Of a stretch of DNA of 64,000 nucleotides, positions 1-9,812 are shown piece by piece. The DNA is taken from assembly GCA_965203325.1 (NCBI GenBank), contig OZ241875.1, forward strand, positions 3,136,001 through 3,200,000, written 5' to 3'. Source of the stretch: a bacterium (GTDB lineage Bacteria > UBA8248). The notes under the pieces are model-generated. The model worked only from the letters and a program-made list of their open reading frames with translations, had not been told where the DNA came from and did not search any database. Position 1 is the first letter of the stretch. The number at the start of each line of letters is the position of its first letter. Position numbers and translations under genes: made by a program.

Positions 1-2
1 TG

Positions 3-260
3 CGTGTGGACGGCCACCCCGTCGCCGCCAATCTCTCCTTCGATTACGGCGACAGGATATATCTCTACAACTCGGGCTTCGACCCGGTGGAACACGAACT
101 GAGCGGGGGTCTGGTGCTGCTCGCCCACAACGTGGACGAGGCGATTCAGGCGGGGCGCTCCAGCTTCGACCTCTTGCGGGGCGATGAGGCCTACAAGTAC
201 CGCTTCGGCGCGCGGGATGAGCGCGTGATGCGCGTGTCGATCAAGAGGAGTAGCGAATGA
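3..260 (+). CDS. GNAT-family acetyltransferase (CelD/BcsL-like), 5'-truncated by window edge
   Basis: YLYNSGFDP...SGGLVLL...FDLLRGDEAYKYRFG is typical of the Acetyltransf_6 C-terminus; overlaps next start (ATGA). Confidence 0.75.
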   Translation, partial: RVDGHPVAANLSFDYGDRIYLYNSGFDPVEHELSGGLVLLAHNVDEAIQAGRSSFDLLRGDEAYKYRFGARDERVMRVSIKRSSE

Positions 261-1561
261 ACGCCGGGGCGGCCCGTCTCGCCATCCTCTCGATGCACAC
301 CGACCCTCTCGCTCCCCTGGGGGGCGACTTCACGGGCGGGATGAACGTCTACGCCCGCGAGGTGGCGAAGGCGCTCGCGAGCTTGGGCGTCGGTGCGGAC
401 GTCTTCACACGACTGGAATCGGATGCAAGCGCTCGCGAAGTTCCGCTGGCAGACGGCGCCCGCCTCATCCGGGTCGAAGCGGGGCCCAGGATAAGACTCG
501 ATAAGGACGCGCAAGTCGAACACGCCGACGCCTTCGCTGAGGCAATACTCGCATTCGTGCAAAAAAACGGGGCGCATTATGACGGCGTGTCCGCGCACTA
601 CTGGCTTTCGGGCCTTGCGGGCGAGAAGTTAAGCAAAGCGTGGGGCGTCCCCCTCGCCGTTCGCTTCCACACCCTGGCCGCGCTCAAAAACGACGCGCTG
701 CCGCGTGACACCAGGCGAGAGTCGGAGGCGCGGCTGGCGAGTGAACCCCGGCTCGCACAGGCGGCGGACGCGGTTCTGGCCTCATCGCCCGCCGAGGCGC
801 GCGCAATCAGCGAAATATCGGGCGGGTCGGAAATCCACGTCGTCCCTTGCGGCGTGGACCCCGATACGTTCAGGCCCCATCCAAAGGATGAGGCGCGCAA
901 ACGTCTGAGGCTTGCGGAGAATATCTCCTATCTCCTGAGCGTGGGCCGCATCGAACGCGTGAAGGGTCTCGACCGCTTGATCGAGGCCTTCGCCGTCATC
1001 ACCCGAGAGCGGCCGGAACTCGATGCGCGTCTTTTGCACCTGGGCGGTGAGATAAAAGAAGGCGCGGTGAGAGCCGGAGAAAGCTATCGCGCAGAAGATT
1101 TCGCCTCGCCCGCGCAGGGGGCCGAAGTCGCGCGTCTGGAAGACCTGGCAGGGAAACTCGGAATCGCGGATCGCATCACCTTCCTGGGCGCGAAGCCGCA
1201 GGAGGCGCTTCCTCTTTATTATTCCGCCGCCGACCTCTTCGCCCTGCCGTCCCGATATGAGAGCTTCGGCATGACGGCCGTCGAGGCGGCCGCGTGCGGA
1301 CTGCCGACGCTCGCCTTCGACGTGGGCGGCCTCTCCCAGGCGGTGAGTGAGGGCGTAAGCGGCCACCTCATCGCGGACGGCGATATTCACGCCTATGCAC
1401 AGAAGATGATCCAAGCCCTCGAAAACCCCCGTGAGCGTCCCAATCGAGCGGCGCTTGAATGGGCGGAATCGTTCGCCTGGAGGCGGGTGGCCGAGGCGGA
1501 ACTCGAAATCTGGGCGCGCCTGCGTCAGGGGGCCGCGCTCTCATCACCACACGCATCATAG
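257..1561 (+). CDS. GT4 glycosyltransferase, MshA-like
   Basis: N-terminal SMHTDPLA..GG..GGMNVY, HYWLSG, VGRIERVKG, PSRYESFGMTAVEAAACG (EX7E). Confidence 0.85.
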   Translation: MNAGAARLAILSMHTDPLAPLGGDFTGGMNVYAREVAKALASLGVGADVFTRLESDASAREVPLADGARLIRVEAGPRIRLDKDAQVEHADAFAEAILAFVQKNGAHYDGVSAHYWLSGLAGEKLSKAWGVPLAVRFHTLAALKNDALPRDTRRESEARLASEPRLAQAADAVLASSPAEARAISEISGGSEIHVVPCGVDPDTFRPHPKDEARKRLRLAENISYLLSVGRIERVKGLDRLIEAFAVITRERPELDARLLHLGGEIKEGAVRAGESYRAEDFASPAQGAEVARLEDLAGKLGIADRITFLGAKPQEALPLYYSAADLFALPSRYESFGMTAVEAAACGLPTLAFDVGGLSQAVSEGVSGHLIADGDIHAYAQKMIQALENPRERPNRAALEWAESFAWRRVAEAELEIWARLRQGAALSSPHAS

Positions 1562-1579
1562 ACACGGAAGGAAACGCAA

Positions 1580-2272
1580 GTGAGCCAGGAGGAATTCAGA
1601 AACATACTCGTCGTCGTCGCCCACCCCGACGATGCGGAACTCTCCGCGGGAGGTAGCATCGCCCGCTGGACGCGGGAGGGCGCGACCGTGCGGACGGTCG
1701 TCTGTACGAACGGGGACAAGGGCACGAAAGATGAGGTCAGCCCCTTCGACCTCGCCAGGATTCGCGAGGCGGAACAACTCGAAGCCTCCCGCATCCTGGG
1801 CGTCAAGGAGACGCTGTTCCTGCGCCACCGCGACGGGGAACTCGAGGACACGCGCGCGTTCCGGAATCAGATCGCCTTCCTGATACGCCACTTCAAGCCC
1901 GACACCATCCTCACCCACGACCCCTGGCGCACCTACTACCAGCACCCCGACCACCAGGCCATCGGCCACGCCACGTTCAAGGCGGTGGTCTACGCGCGGG
2001 ACCACCATTTTCTGCCCGAACTCACCTACGCCGGCATCGGCGCGCACCACACGAAAAATCTCTTGTTCTTGAACACGCGAGAGCCGAATTTCTTCGTGGA
2101 CATCACCGAGACCTTCGATACGAAAGTCCGCGCGGTGTGCGCACACAAGTGCCAGATCAAAAACCCCGAAGCCTTCGAGAAGCGCACCCGTCAGCGGCTC
2201 GAAGACGCAGGCCGCGCGGCGGGCTTCCCGATAGCGGAGTCTTTCGTCATCACGCGGATGCGCGAAGGCTAG
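1580..2272 (+). CDS. PIG-L/LmbE-family deacetylase
   Basis: AHPDDAE and HPDH zinc motifs, TNGDKG; GTG start after AAGGA RBS. Confidence 0.9.
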   Translation: MSQEEFRNILVVVAHPDDAELSAGGSIARWTREGATVRTVVCTNGDKGTKDEVSPFDLARIREAEQLEASRILGVKETLFLRHRDGELEDTRAFRNQIAFLIRHFKPDTILTHDPWRTYYQHPDHQAIGHATFKAVVYARDHHFLPELTYAGIGAHHTKNLLFLNTREPNFFVDITETFDTKVRAVCAHKCQIKNPEAFEKRTRQRLEDAGRAAGFPIAESFVITRMREG

Positions 2273-2279
2273 GGCGCAC

Positions 2280-3389
2280 ATGAACGAGGAGACGCCGGAG
2301 ACCAGGGCCGGCCGGCGCATCATGGCCGGTTTCGAGGGAACCGCCGCCCCCTCCTCGCTCCTGGCGCGCGTCCGCGCGGGAAGAGTCGGCGGCGTCATTC
2401 TTTTCCAGCGGAACATCGAGTCCGCTGCGCAGACCGCCGCCCTCATCGCCACTTTGCAAGAAGCCGCCCTCGCCTCGCCGCTCGAAGCTCCTCTTCTCGT
2501 CGGAATCGACCAGGAAGGCGGGCGCGTGAGCAGGCTTTCGGACGATTTCACGATCTTTCCGGCGGCGCGGGGATTCGGCGATGCGGGCGAACCCGCCCTC
2601 GCGCGGGAAGCGGCAAGGGTCACTGGCACTGAATTAGAGGCCATAGGCGTGAACGTCAACTTTGCGCCCGCCGTGGACATTCTCACGAACCCCGAATGCG
2701 CCGTCATCGGCGACCGCGCCTTTGGCGAATCACCCCAAGTCGTGGCCCAAATGGGCGAGGCCGTAACGCAGGGCTTGCAGGAAACGGGCGTCGCCGCGTG
2801 CGCCAAGCATTTCCCCGGCATCGGCGACATGGCCCCCGACCCCCACGAGGTGCTGCCGACCTCACGCCTCACGCTCGACGATCTGAGAACGCGCGAGTTG
2901 GAGCCGTTCCGCCACCTCATCCGCCGCACGCCGCCCGCCTGCGTCATGATCGCCCACGCCGTTTTCGAGGCGATAGACGAAACGACTCCTGCGAGCCTGT
3001 CCCCCGTTTTTCTCCAAAATATCCTGCGCGGAGAACTCGGTTTCAGAGGCGTCGCCGTAACCGACGATCTGGACATGGGCGCGATAGACGACGCCGCAGA
3101 CGCAGCGCTTCAAAGCATCCTCGCCGGGGCGGACATCGCCCTCATCTGCCACTCGGAAGACGCACAGGAACGAGCGGTCGATGCGGTTGCGAAGGCCATC
3201 AGAGACGAACGCCTCCCCCCGGAACAGGAGGAGGTGTCATCGGATCGGATACGCAGACTCAAGGAGAGCTACTGCCGCCCGAACTGGCGGAAGGAGATGC
3301 TCGAAGTTATCGGGTGTGTGGAGCACCGAAGAGCGCACTCGAGAATCCTCGAGGCACTGGAGGTGGCCGAACAGTCAGGGGGTTGTTGA
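2280..3389 (+). CDS. nagZ: beta-N-acetylhexosaminidase (GH3)
   Basis: DQEGGRVSR, KHFPGIG..DPH, TDDLDM motifs. Confidence 0.8.
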   Translation: MNEETPETRAGRRIMAGFEGTAAPSSLLARVRAGRVGGVILFQRNIESAAQTAALIATLQEAALASPLEAPLLVGIDQEGGRVSRLSDDFTIFPAARGFGDAGEPALAREAARVTGTELEAIGVNVNFAPAVDILTNPECAVIGDRAFGESPQVVAQMGEAVTQGLQETGVAACAKHFPGIGDMAPDPHEVLPTSRLTLDDLRTRELEPFRHLIRRTPPACVMIAHAVFEAIDETTPASLSPVFLQNILRGELGFRGVAVTDDLDMGAIDDAADAALQSILAGADIALICHSEDAQERAVDAVAKAIRDERLPPEQEEVSSDRIRRLKESYCRPNWRKEMLEVIGCVEHRRAHSRILEALEVAEQSGGC

Positions 3390-3728
3390 AAAAGCCCTTG
3401 TCAAGGGAGCGAACGCTCCCACCCCGGTCGCGTTCGACCCCCCAACTCCCCTTGTCGGGGCTGTTGAAAAAGCCCAAGGAGAGAGGAATCACTCCCCCCT
3501 TGAGGGGGAGTCGGTGAGGTGAGGGGGGTTTTACCCGAAACCGAACCGGTGGGGGGAGTTTTTTCTGTGGCATGTCCCCCCACCGAATCGGCCTTCGCCA
3601 AGGCTCGGCCTCTTCGACTCCCCCTCAAGGGGGGAGTGGATTTGAAATTCTCGTCCGTGGAGAGCGATCTCCGTTGGGGTCGTATACCGCCTTTTTTTAC
3701 CCCCCTGACAAGGGGGGTAGGGGGGTTG
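3378..3728. repeat. Composite MITE/REP-like palindromic repeat; inner ~235 bp nearly identical to 48476-48710
   Basis: GGCTGTTGAAAAAG ends; internal inverted repeat CACTCCCCCCTTGAGGGGGAGTCG / CGACTCCCCCTCAAGGGGGGAGTG. Confidence 0.85.
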
Positions 3729-3742
3729 GTTTTGAGTTACGC

Positions 3743-4801
3743 TCACACGTTAAACCGCACGTGGAAGATGTCGCCGTCGTGGACGACGTAGTCCTTGCCC
3801 TCGAGCCGGAGCGTTCCCCTGTCCCGCGCCGCGGCGAGCGAACCTGCCGCCATGAAGTCGGGGAACGAGATTACCTCCGCGCGGATGAAACCGCGCTCGA
3901 GATCGGAGTGAATCGTCCCCGCCGCATGGAGCGCGACCGTGCCCGCGCGAACCGGCCATGCGCGTACCTCCTCCTCGCTCACCGTGAAGAAACACCTGAG
4001 ATTGAGCAGCGAGAACGCCGCCTGAATCACCTTGTCGAGCGCTGAGGATTCGAGAGCGTAATCGGCGAGAAACGCAGCCCTCTCATCGGGGGGAAGTTGG
4101 GCGAGTTCTTCTTCGAGCCTCGCGGCCAGGACGACGGGCGTCTCTCCGTTCAGTTTGGCGAAAGCGTCCGCCTCTCCCAGCTGATCCTCGCCCACGTTCA
4201 CCACGAAGAGCAGCGGCTTGGCGGAGAGAAAGCCGAACCCTTTGACGGAGCGCGCTTCCTCCGCGCTCATCTGCATCGAGCGGACGGGGCGGCCCTCTTC
4301 GAGCGCTTCGCGGATGCGTCCCAAAAGCGCGAACTCCGCCGCCTCGGCAGGATCGCGTTTAAGCTTCACCAGGCGCTCCAGACGCTCCACCCGCCGCTCG
4401 ACGACGTCGAGGTCGCGCAGCATCAGGTCGAAGCGTACGTCGGCCAGATCGCGCGCGGGGTCGACGCTCTCCTTCGGGTGCGGAACGCCTGCGTCCTCGA
4501 AGGCGCGCACCACCACCAGGAGCGCGTCCGCGCCCTCCAGCGCCTGCGGGATGGCCTCGGCGCTCTTCGCGGCGCCCGCATCGCCCACGCCCGGCGCATC
4601 CACGAAGTTGACGCTCGCATGCGTCGTCTTCTTCGGCTTGAAAACCCCGCTCAGGGCGTCCACCCGGGCGTCTGCCACCGCCGCTGCGCCCACGTTCACC
4701 CGCGCGGCGCCGTATCCCCCCGTTATGGCCGTGCCGCCCGTGAGCGCGTTGAACAGCGTCGTCTTGCCACTGGCTGCGGGGCCGATGATGCCGATTTTCA
4801 C
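3743..4801 (-). CDS. ychF: YchF/OBG-family ATPase
   Basis: MKIGIIG...GKTTLFNALT, FVDAPG, AGTIHSDLERGFIRAEV, RLEGKDYVVHDGD..RFNV. Confidence 0.85.
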   Translation of the reverse strand: MKIGIIGPAASGKTTLFNALTGGTAITGGYGAARVNVGAAAVADARVDALSGVFKPKKTTHASVNFVDAPGVGDAGAAKSAEAIPQALEGADALLVVVRAFEDAGVPHPKESVDPARDLADVRFDLMLRDLDVVERRVERLERLVKLKRDPAEAAEFALLGRIREALEEGRPVRSMQMSAEEARSVKGFGFLSAKPLLFVVNVGEDQLGEADAFAKLNGETPVVLAARLEEELAQLPPDERAAFLADYALESSALDKVIQAAFSLLNLRCFFTVSEEEVRAWPVRAGTVALHAAGTIHSDLERGFIRAEVISFPDFMAAGSLAAARDRGTLRLEGKDYVVHDGDIFHVRFNV

Positions 4802-4874
4802 GTTCTAACTCCTAAATGCGCCATGAACGAACAAACGCGCGCGAGTGTAGGAGAACGGAGGCACGAGGTCAAAA

Positions 4875-5118
4875 GGGGTGGGGTGTGTAGGGGCGGGCCT
4901 GCGTGTCCATCCCATCACCCCGTTTCATGACGCCCGACTCCGCATGGGAGAGCACATAGTCAGACATATATGTCTGACCCCTACGAAATCATTGCGGCCA
5001 CCGGAGGGACAACCCCCCGTGGTTGTCCTTTGCAGGGTGGACAGGGCCAGGACAGGTACGGGGGCCTGTCCCTGCAAAACCTGCAATCCTCGTTCCTCGG
5101 GGCTTTTTCAACAAGCCC
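4875..5118. repeat. REP/MITE-like intergenic repeat
   Basis: GTAGGGGCGGGCC REP-like start, GGACAGG...CCTGTCC hairpin, ends in CTTTTTCAACAAGCCC. Confidence 0.6.
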
Positions 5119-5332
5119 TTGAGGGGCCGCTCCGGGAGCGTGGAGGCCCGTGTGGGGGATGCCGCTCGATGCGCACTCGGCGTAACCCTCGTCGGTCAAG
5201 CACGCGGAATTACTCGATTCACGACGGCCTGCACCGGATTTTGAAGCGGCTCGATTCGACAATGGCTCATATCCGCAATTTCGTCTATATTTTGAAAAGG
5301 CAATGGGCCGACACCTATAAAAGTGACGTGGG

Positions 5333-6610
5333 ATGATACAGCCGGGCGCTACATCTTTACGGAAGATCGCGGTTGTCGGGAGAGGAACCGCAGGCTCCCT
5401 TGCGGCCGCCAAGGTCACTCGTCTTCTGCCCGAGAGCGACCATGAGCTGCACCACATATATGACTCGCGTATCCCGGCCCTCGGCGTGGGCGAAGGCAGC
5501 TGGCCGAGCCTGGTTCAGGAATTGCAGGAACTGACGAATCTGCCCCATGAAACCATCCAGCAGCGCTTGAATGGAACGCGCAAGTACGGCGTGACGTTCG
5601 AGGGATGGGGCCGGCGCAACCAGGACTTCACCCACTATTTCACGCCGCAACAGGTGTCCTACGCCTACCACCTGTCCGTCGACTTGATGGCGGACCTGCT
5701 GCATGAAAGCACGCGCGCGCGCCACATCGACGCGAAAGTACTCGATATCACCAGGGTGGAAGGCGGCGCGCAAGTGGAATTCGAGGGCCTGCCGCCGGAG
5801 CGCTACGACCTGGTTTTCGATGCTCGCGGATTTCCCCGAGAACTCGATCCCGAACGGCACATCGAACTCTCTTTCATTCCCACCAATACAGCCGTCATCC
5901 GCCGCTGTCCGGCAATCGTCGAAGCAGAGCAGGACGGACCGGTTCTGCAACCTACCTATACCCGGGCGGTTGCGCGTCCGCATGGTTGGATAGTCGTTAT
6001 TCCGCTTACGGCACACACATCCTACGGGTACGTCTTCAACCGAGACGTATCCGGCCTTGACGAAGTCGAATCGGACTTTGACGCTTTCCTCGAAAGCGAC
6101 GGCGTGTCGGAATTCGAGCAGCGCGCCGTCATTCCGTTTCCCAATTTCGTCCACCGCCGGATATTCGACGGCGCGGTAGTCCGCATCGGCAACGCAGCCG
6201 CTTTCATGGAACCCCTCGAAGCAACGGCGATCGTATCCGGACAGGTGGAGGTCGGGATGGCTCTCCAAATACGCCTGAACCGTTCGGCAGACCATCTCGA
6301 GCGTGACGCGCCGGTGGTCAATCGATTCCTCATCAACAACATGCTCTGCTTCGGCTTGTTCGTCGGTTGGCACTATTCCTGCGGCTCGAAGTACGATAGC
6401 GAATTCTGGAGATACGCCCGCGACCACGCCTGGCCGCAGCATCGAAAGGTGGCGGACCCTGAGTTCGTGGATTGCGACGCGCTCCGCAAATTCGACGAAA
6501 TGATTGAACTGAAGAACCAGTCGATCATTGACAAATCGGACTGGAATCGGACGTTGGCGTACTTCCCTCTCTCCTGTTATTGCCAGATGTCCCAGGGGCT
6601 GGGCTGCTAG
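5333..6610 (+). CDS. Tryptophan-halogenase-family flavin-dependent halogenase
   Basis: GRGTAG FAD motif, GVGEG, KYGVTFEGW (catalytic Lys region), GWIVVIPL (WxWxIP variant), FMEPLEAT. Confidence 0.8.
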   Translation: MIQPGATSLRKIAVVGRGTAGSLAAAKVTRLLPESDHELHHIYDSRIPALGVGEGSWPSLVQELQELTNLPHETIQQRLNGTRKYGVTFEGWGRRNQDFTHYFTPQQVSYAYHLSVDLMADLLHESTRARHIDAKVLDITRVEGGAQVEFEGLPPERYDLVFDARGFPRELDPERHIELSFIPTNTAVIRRCPAIVEAEQDGPVLQPTYTRAVARPHGWIVVIPLTAHTSYGYVFNRDVSGLDEVESDFDAFLESDGVSEFEQRAVIPFPNFVHRRIFDGAVVRIGNAAAFMEPLEATAIVSGQVEVGMALQIRLNRSADHLERDAPVVNRFLINNMLCFGLFVGWHYSCGSKYDSEFWRYARDHAWPQHRKVADPEFVDCDALRKFDEMIELKNQSIIDKSDWNRTLAYFPLSCYCQMSQGLGC

Positions 6611-6654
6611 GCGCCGGTCTTGGGAAATTTCAACATCGGTTGATTCTACGCCAT

Positions 6655-6748
6655 TGGTTTGGCCCCCCCGAGTCAAGAAACGAGGAAACGGAGGATGGCC
6701 AGGAAGGTCTGCAAGTCGGAGAAGATCGTTTGTCTGCTGCGTATGGAG
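6655..6748 (+). pseudogene. IS3-family left-end remnant with orfA fragment
   Basis: TGGTTTGGCCCCC end, GGAGG RBS, ATG 6695 encoding MARKVCKSEKIVCLLRME, resembling IS3 OrfA N-termini. Confidence 0.5.
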
Positions 6749-6757
6749 TCCGTTTCA

Positions 6758-6915
6758 GGCCGTTGAAAAAGTCCCCGCCCTGTGGTTTCGTATAATTTTC
6801 AGCGCCCGTGAGGGGGAATCTCCGGAGATGTCGGGACGCAGACGGCGCGAGCAACCGGAATTGTTCGCGGCCGGTTCTCTGGAGCAACTCATCCCGGAGG
6901 ATAACGATCTGTTCC
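6758..6915 (+). pseudogene. IS5/IS1182-like left end and transposase N-terminal fragment
   Basis: GGCCGTTGAAAAAGTCCCC end, TATAAT, ATG 6828 encoding MSGRRRREQPELFAAGSLEQLIPEDN, then similarity is lost. Confidence 0.6.
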
Positions 6916-7048
6916 GTGCAACGGCAATCCGCTACTCCCAAACCGTGACATTTCTTGATCTGGATTGCCTGTAATTTTATGAGATATTTCCAAATGGGGT
7001 GAGATTTTTCACCTTGCCTGATTGCTACAAGGAGGCTACTCTGCGGTC

Positions 7049-7600
7049 GTGTTCAACAATCCGTTCGACTCATTTCATAAAACTGTTGCCGAAGCGAAGG
7101 AAGAACGCGAACAACTCGATCGGCTACTGACAGTTTCCACGCCGCGGGAGCGTCTGCTTGTCGCCGCCATTGCGCTTTTGCTGTGCATCCTCTCGGCATG
7201 GCTTTTCTTCGGCAACGTGGCTCGTAATATTGTGGTAGACGGCGCACTGGTCAAACAGGGCGAAAACTTGCCCGAGGGCAGACGGTCCGTGCAGGTCCTC
7301 GTCTGGGTCGAGAGCGGCATCGTTCCTCATATCGAGGCCGGGATGCCGGTGATGATTGAGCCGGATGCGGCAGACGGAGAAACAGGCGCACTTGCCGGAG
7401 AGGTCAGGGCGATTTCTGCCGTGCCCTTTTCCGGGGGGCTGGCTGCGTTTGGGTCCGCAGCGCCGGTGTCCGTGTACCGCATTGATATCGCGCTCGAAGA
7501 AAGTCTCGATTTGAGTTCCCTTGCGGGCAGGAAATGCCGGATTGTCATAGAGCTTGGCAGGCAATCTCCGATCGCACTATTTCGAATGAGGCGGTCATAA
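7049..7600 (+). CDS. Short NHLP-system secretion/HlyD-like membrane protein
   Basis: EQLDRLLTVSTPRERL + one TM helix and C-terminal RQSPI motif of NHLM secretion proteins; GTG 7049 follows AAGGAGG (track start 7022). Confidence 0.65.
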   Translation: MFNNPFDSFHKTVAEAKEEREQLDRLLTVSTPRERLLVAAIALLLCILSAWLFFGNVARNIVVDGALVKQGENLPEGRRSVQVLVWVESGIVPHIEAGMPVMIEPDAADGETGALAGEVRAISAVPFSGGLAAFGSAAPVSVYRIDIALEESLDLSSLAGRKCRIVIELGRQSPIALFRMRRS

Positions 7601-7601
7601 G

Positions 7602-9812
7602 ATGCCGTCTCTCACCTCCCCAAAAGCCGGCGATAAGGCCTCTTCGGACACATCGGCGCAGAGGGTAACCACGCCGATTCTGCTGCAGATGCATGTTTCA
7701 GAATGTGGCGCCGCCTGTCTCGGCATCGTACTGGCCTACTTCGGGCGTTGGGTGCCGCTTACCGAATTGCGCGAAAAATGCGAGGTGAGCCGGGACGGCA
7801 GCAGCGCCGCAAGCATCTTGCGCGCCTCCAGACACTATGGTCTCGAATGCAGTGGGCTCAGCATACGCGCCGAACAACTGAAAAAGCTGGAGTTGCCCTT
7901 GATTTTGTTCTGGCAATTCAGCCATTTCGTTGTCCTCGATGGATTCGATGGACGCTATTTCTATCTCAACGACCCCTCCACGGGGCGGCGCAGGGTTTCC
8001 GCCGAAGAGTTCAACAAGGGCTACAGTGGCATTGCGCTTCGTTTCAAGTGCGGCGCCGATTTCAGGCCCGGAGGCGAGCAACCCGACTTGTTCAGGCAAT
8101 TGGGCGCCTTGCTCTCCGGATCATGGAGTGTGCTTACCGGGGTGATTGCCTGCGGACTCATGTTGACGTTATTGACATTGATTATTCCCGCATCTCTCGG
8201 TGTTTTCGTCGACGATGTAATGAACAAACATGGGTCCTGGGGCGGATTGGTGACTGCCTTGCTCGGCGGCGGCGTCCTGGTATACGTCCTGTCCTTGCTC
8301 AAACACCGGTTCCTCAAGCGGCTCTCGGTCCGCTTGTCGGTGATTGGGTACAGTCGCGGCATGTCACGGCTGCTGCGGTTGCCGGTGGAGTTTTTTGAGC
8401 ACAGACTGGCGGGCGATCTGACCGATCGAGTCTCGTCCACCGACAGAATCGCCAAGAATCTGGCGGATCAGTTTCTTGTGCTCATCATCGACATGGCGAT
8501 GAGCGTGGTGTTGCTCGTGGCGATGTTCACCTACGATATCCTGCTCACGCTGGTTGTGCTTTTGCTGGCCCTTCTGCACGGGATGTTGGCCCACTTTCTC
8601 AACGCCCTCCGGGTTGTTCGAAGTCAGGCGATGAGACGCGAGCAGGGGTTGCTGATTGGCCTCGGTATGCAGATGTTGAGTCACGCGGACAATCTGCGCA
8701 TGACGGGAGCGGATGACCGGTTTTTTTCGCGCTGGAGTGGTCAACAGGCGCGTGAACTGCGTGCGCGCCAACTGTATTCCGAACTGGGCTCCGTCAATAC
8801 CTCGCTTCCGGGGCTGATTGACGCACTCCGCAGTGCGGCGATTCTCGGCATCGGGGGCAGTTTGGTCATGACCGGAGAAATGACCCTGGGGATGCTGGTC
8901 GGGTTTTACATCCTGGCGGAGATGTTTCTGGCTCCCGTCAAGCGATTTTTGGAGTTTGCGGAAAACCGTCAGGCGCTCGAAACCGATATGCAACGGTTCG
9001 AGGACATCTCCAAAACCGATGAAGATCCCGTTTTCAGCCGCAGGAGTCCGGAGCCGGAGTCAATCCCCACGTTCAACGGCCGGCTCCAGCTTGCGGGCCA
9101 ACTCGAACTGAGAAACGTCGCCTTCGGCTACAACAAGAGCCGACCGCCTTTGATAAAGGACTTCAGCCTCGTGATCAAGCCGGGGCAGCGCGTTGCCGTG
9201 GTCGGTCCCAGCGGTTCCGGCAAGTCGACCCTGGCGCGTCTGGTTTCGGGTGTCTATCAGCCCTGGTCGGGTGAAATCCTGTTTGATGGTCATCCGCGGG
9301 ATCAGGTTCCAGAAGAAGTGCTGCGGCAGTCCATATCCATGGTGGATCAGGAGATCGTGCTCTTTTCCGCTTCCCTGCGCGACAATATTACGTTGTGGAA
9401 CCCGGCCATTCCGGATGAAGTCATCTTCGCCGCGACACGGGATGCCCAGATCCATGACGAAATCCTGCTTCGAGCGCAGGGATATACGACCCTCGTCGAA
9501 GAGGGCGGGGCGAATTTCAGCGGCGGCCAGCAGCAACGCCTCGAAATCGCCCGTGCGTTGGTGGGCAATCCGACAGTGCTCATTCTGGACGAGGCTACCA
9601 GCGCACTCGATGCCGCAACGGAGGAATATGTCGATGATGCCCTGCGGCGTCGCGGCGTCACGTGCCTGATCGTTGCGCACCGGCTGAGCACCGTGCGGGA
9701 TTGCGATAGAATCATCGTGCTCGACAAAGGCGTCACGGTGCAATGCGGCACGCACGACGAGTTGATCGCGGATCGGGACGGCACGTATTACAAACTGGTG
9801 AAGTCGGGCTGA
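7602..9812 (+). CDS. NHLM peptidase-containing ABC transporter (C39-TMD-NBD)
   Basis: LQMHVSECGAACL (Cys), SHFVV (His), NDP; GPSGSGKS, FSGGQ, LDEAT. Confidence 0.92.
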   Translation: MPSLTSPKAGDKASSDTSAQRVTTPILLQMHVSECGAACLGIVLAYFGRWVPLTELREKCEVSRDGSSAASILRASRHYGLECSGLSIRAEQLKKLELPLILFWQFSHFVVLDGFDGRYFYLNDPSTGRRRVSAEEFNKGYSGIALRFKCGADFRPGGEQPDLFRQLGALLSGSWSVLTGVIACGLMLTLLTLIIPASLGVFVDDVMNKHGSWGGLVTALLGGGVLVYVLSLLKHRFLKRLSVRLSVIGYSRGMSRLLRLPVEFFEHRLAGDLTDRVSSTDRIAKNLADQFLVLIIDMAMSVVLLVAMFTYDILLTLVVLLLALLHGMLAHFLNALRVVRSQAMRREQGLLIGLGMQMLSHADNLRMTGADDRFFSRWSGQQARELRARQLYSELGSVNTSLPGLIDALRSAAILGIGGSLVMTGEMTLGMLVGFYILAEMFLAPVKRFLEFAENRQALETDMQRFEDISKTDEDPVFSRRSPEPESIPTFNGRLQLAGQLELRNVAFGYNKSRPPLIKDFSLVIKPGQRVAVVGPSGSGKSTLARLVSGVYQPWSGEILFDGHPRDQVPEEVLRQSISMVDQEIVLFSASLRDNITLWNPAIPDEVIFAATRDAQIHDEILLRAQGYTTLVEEGGANFSGGQQQRLEIARALVGNPTVLILDEATSALDAATEEYVDDALRRRGVTCLIVAHRLSTVRDCDRIIVLDKGVTVQCGTHDELIADRDGTYYKLVKSG

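Noticed and set aside
3401..3791. Short ORFs also duplicated at 48361-48830
   Set aside because: They are translations of the palindromic MITE, with no RBS or protein-like composition
9743..9811. Track start of the second ABC transporter
   Set aside because: ATG 9812 overlapping the upstream TGA is the more plausible start
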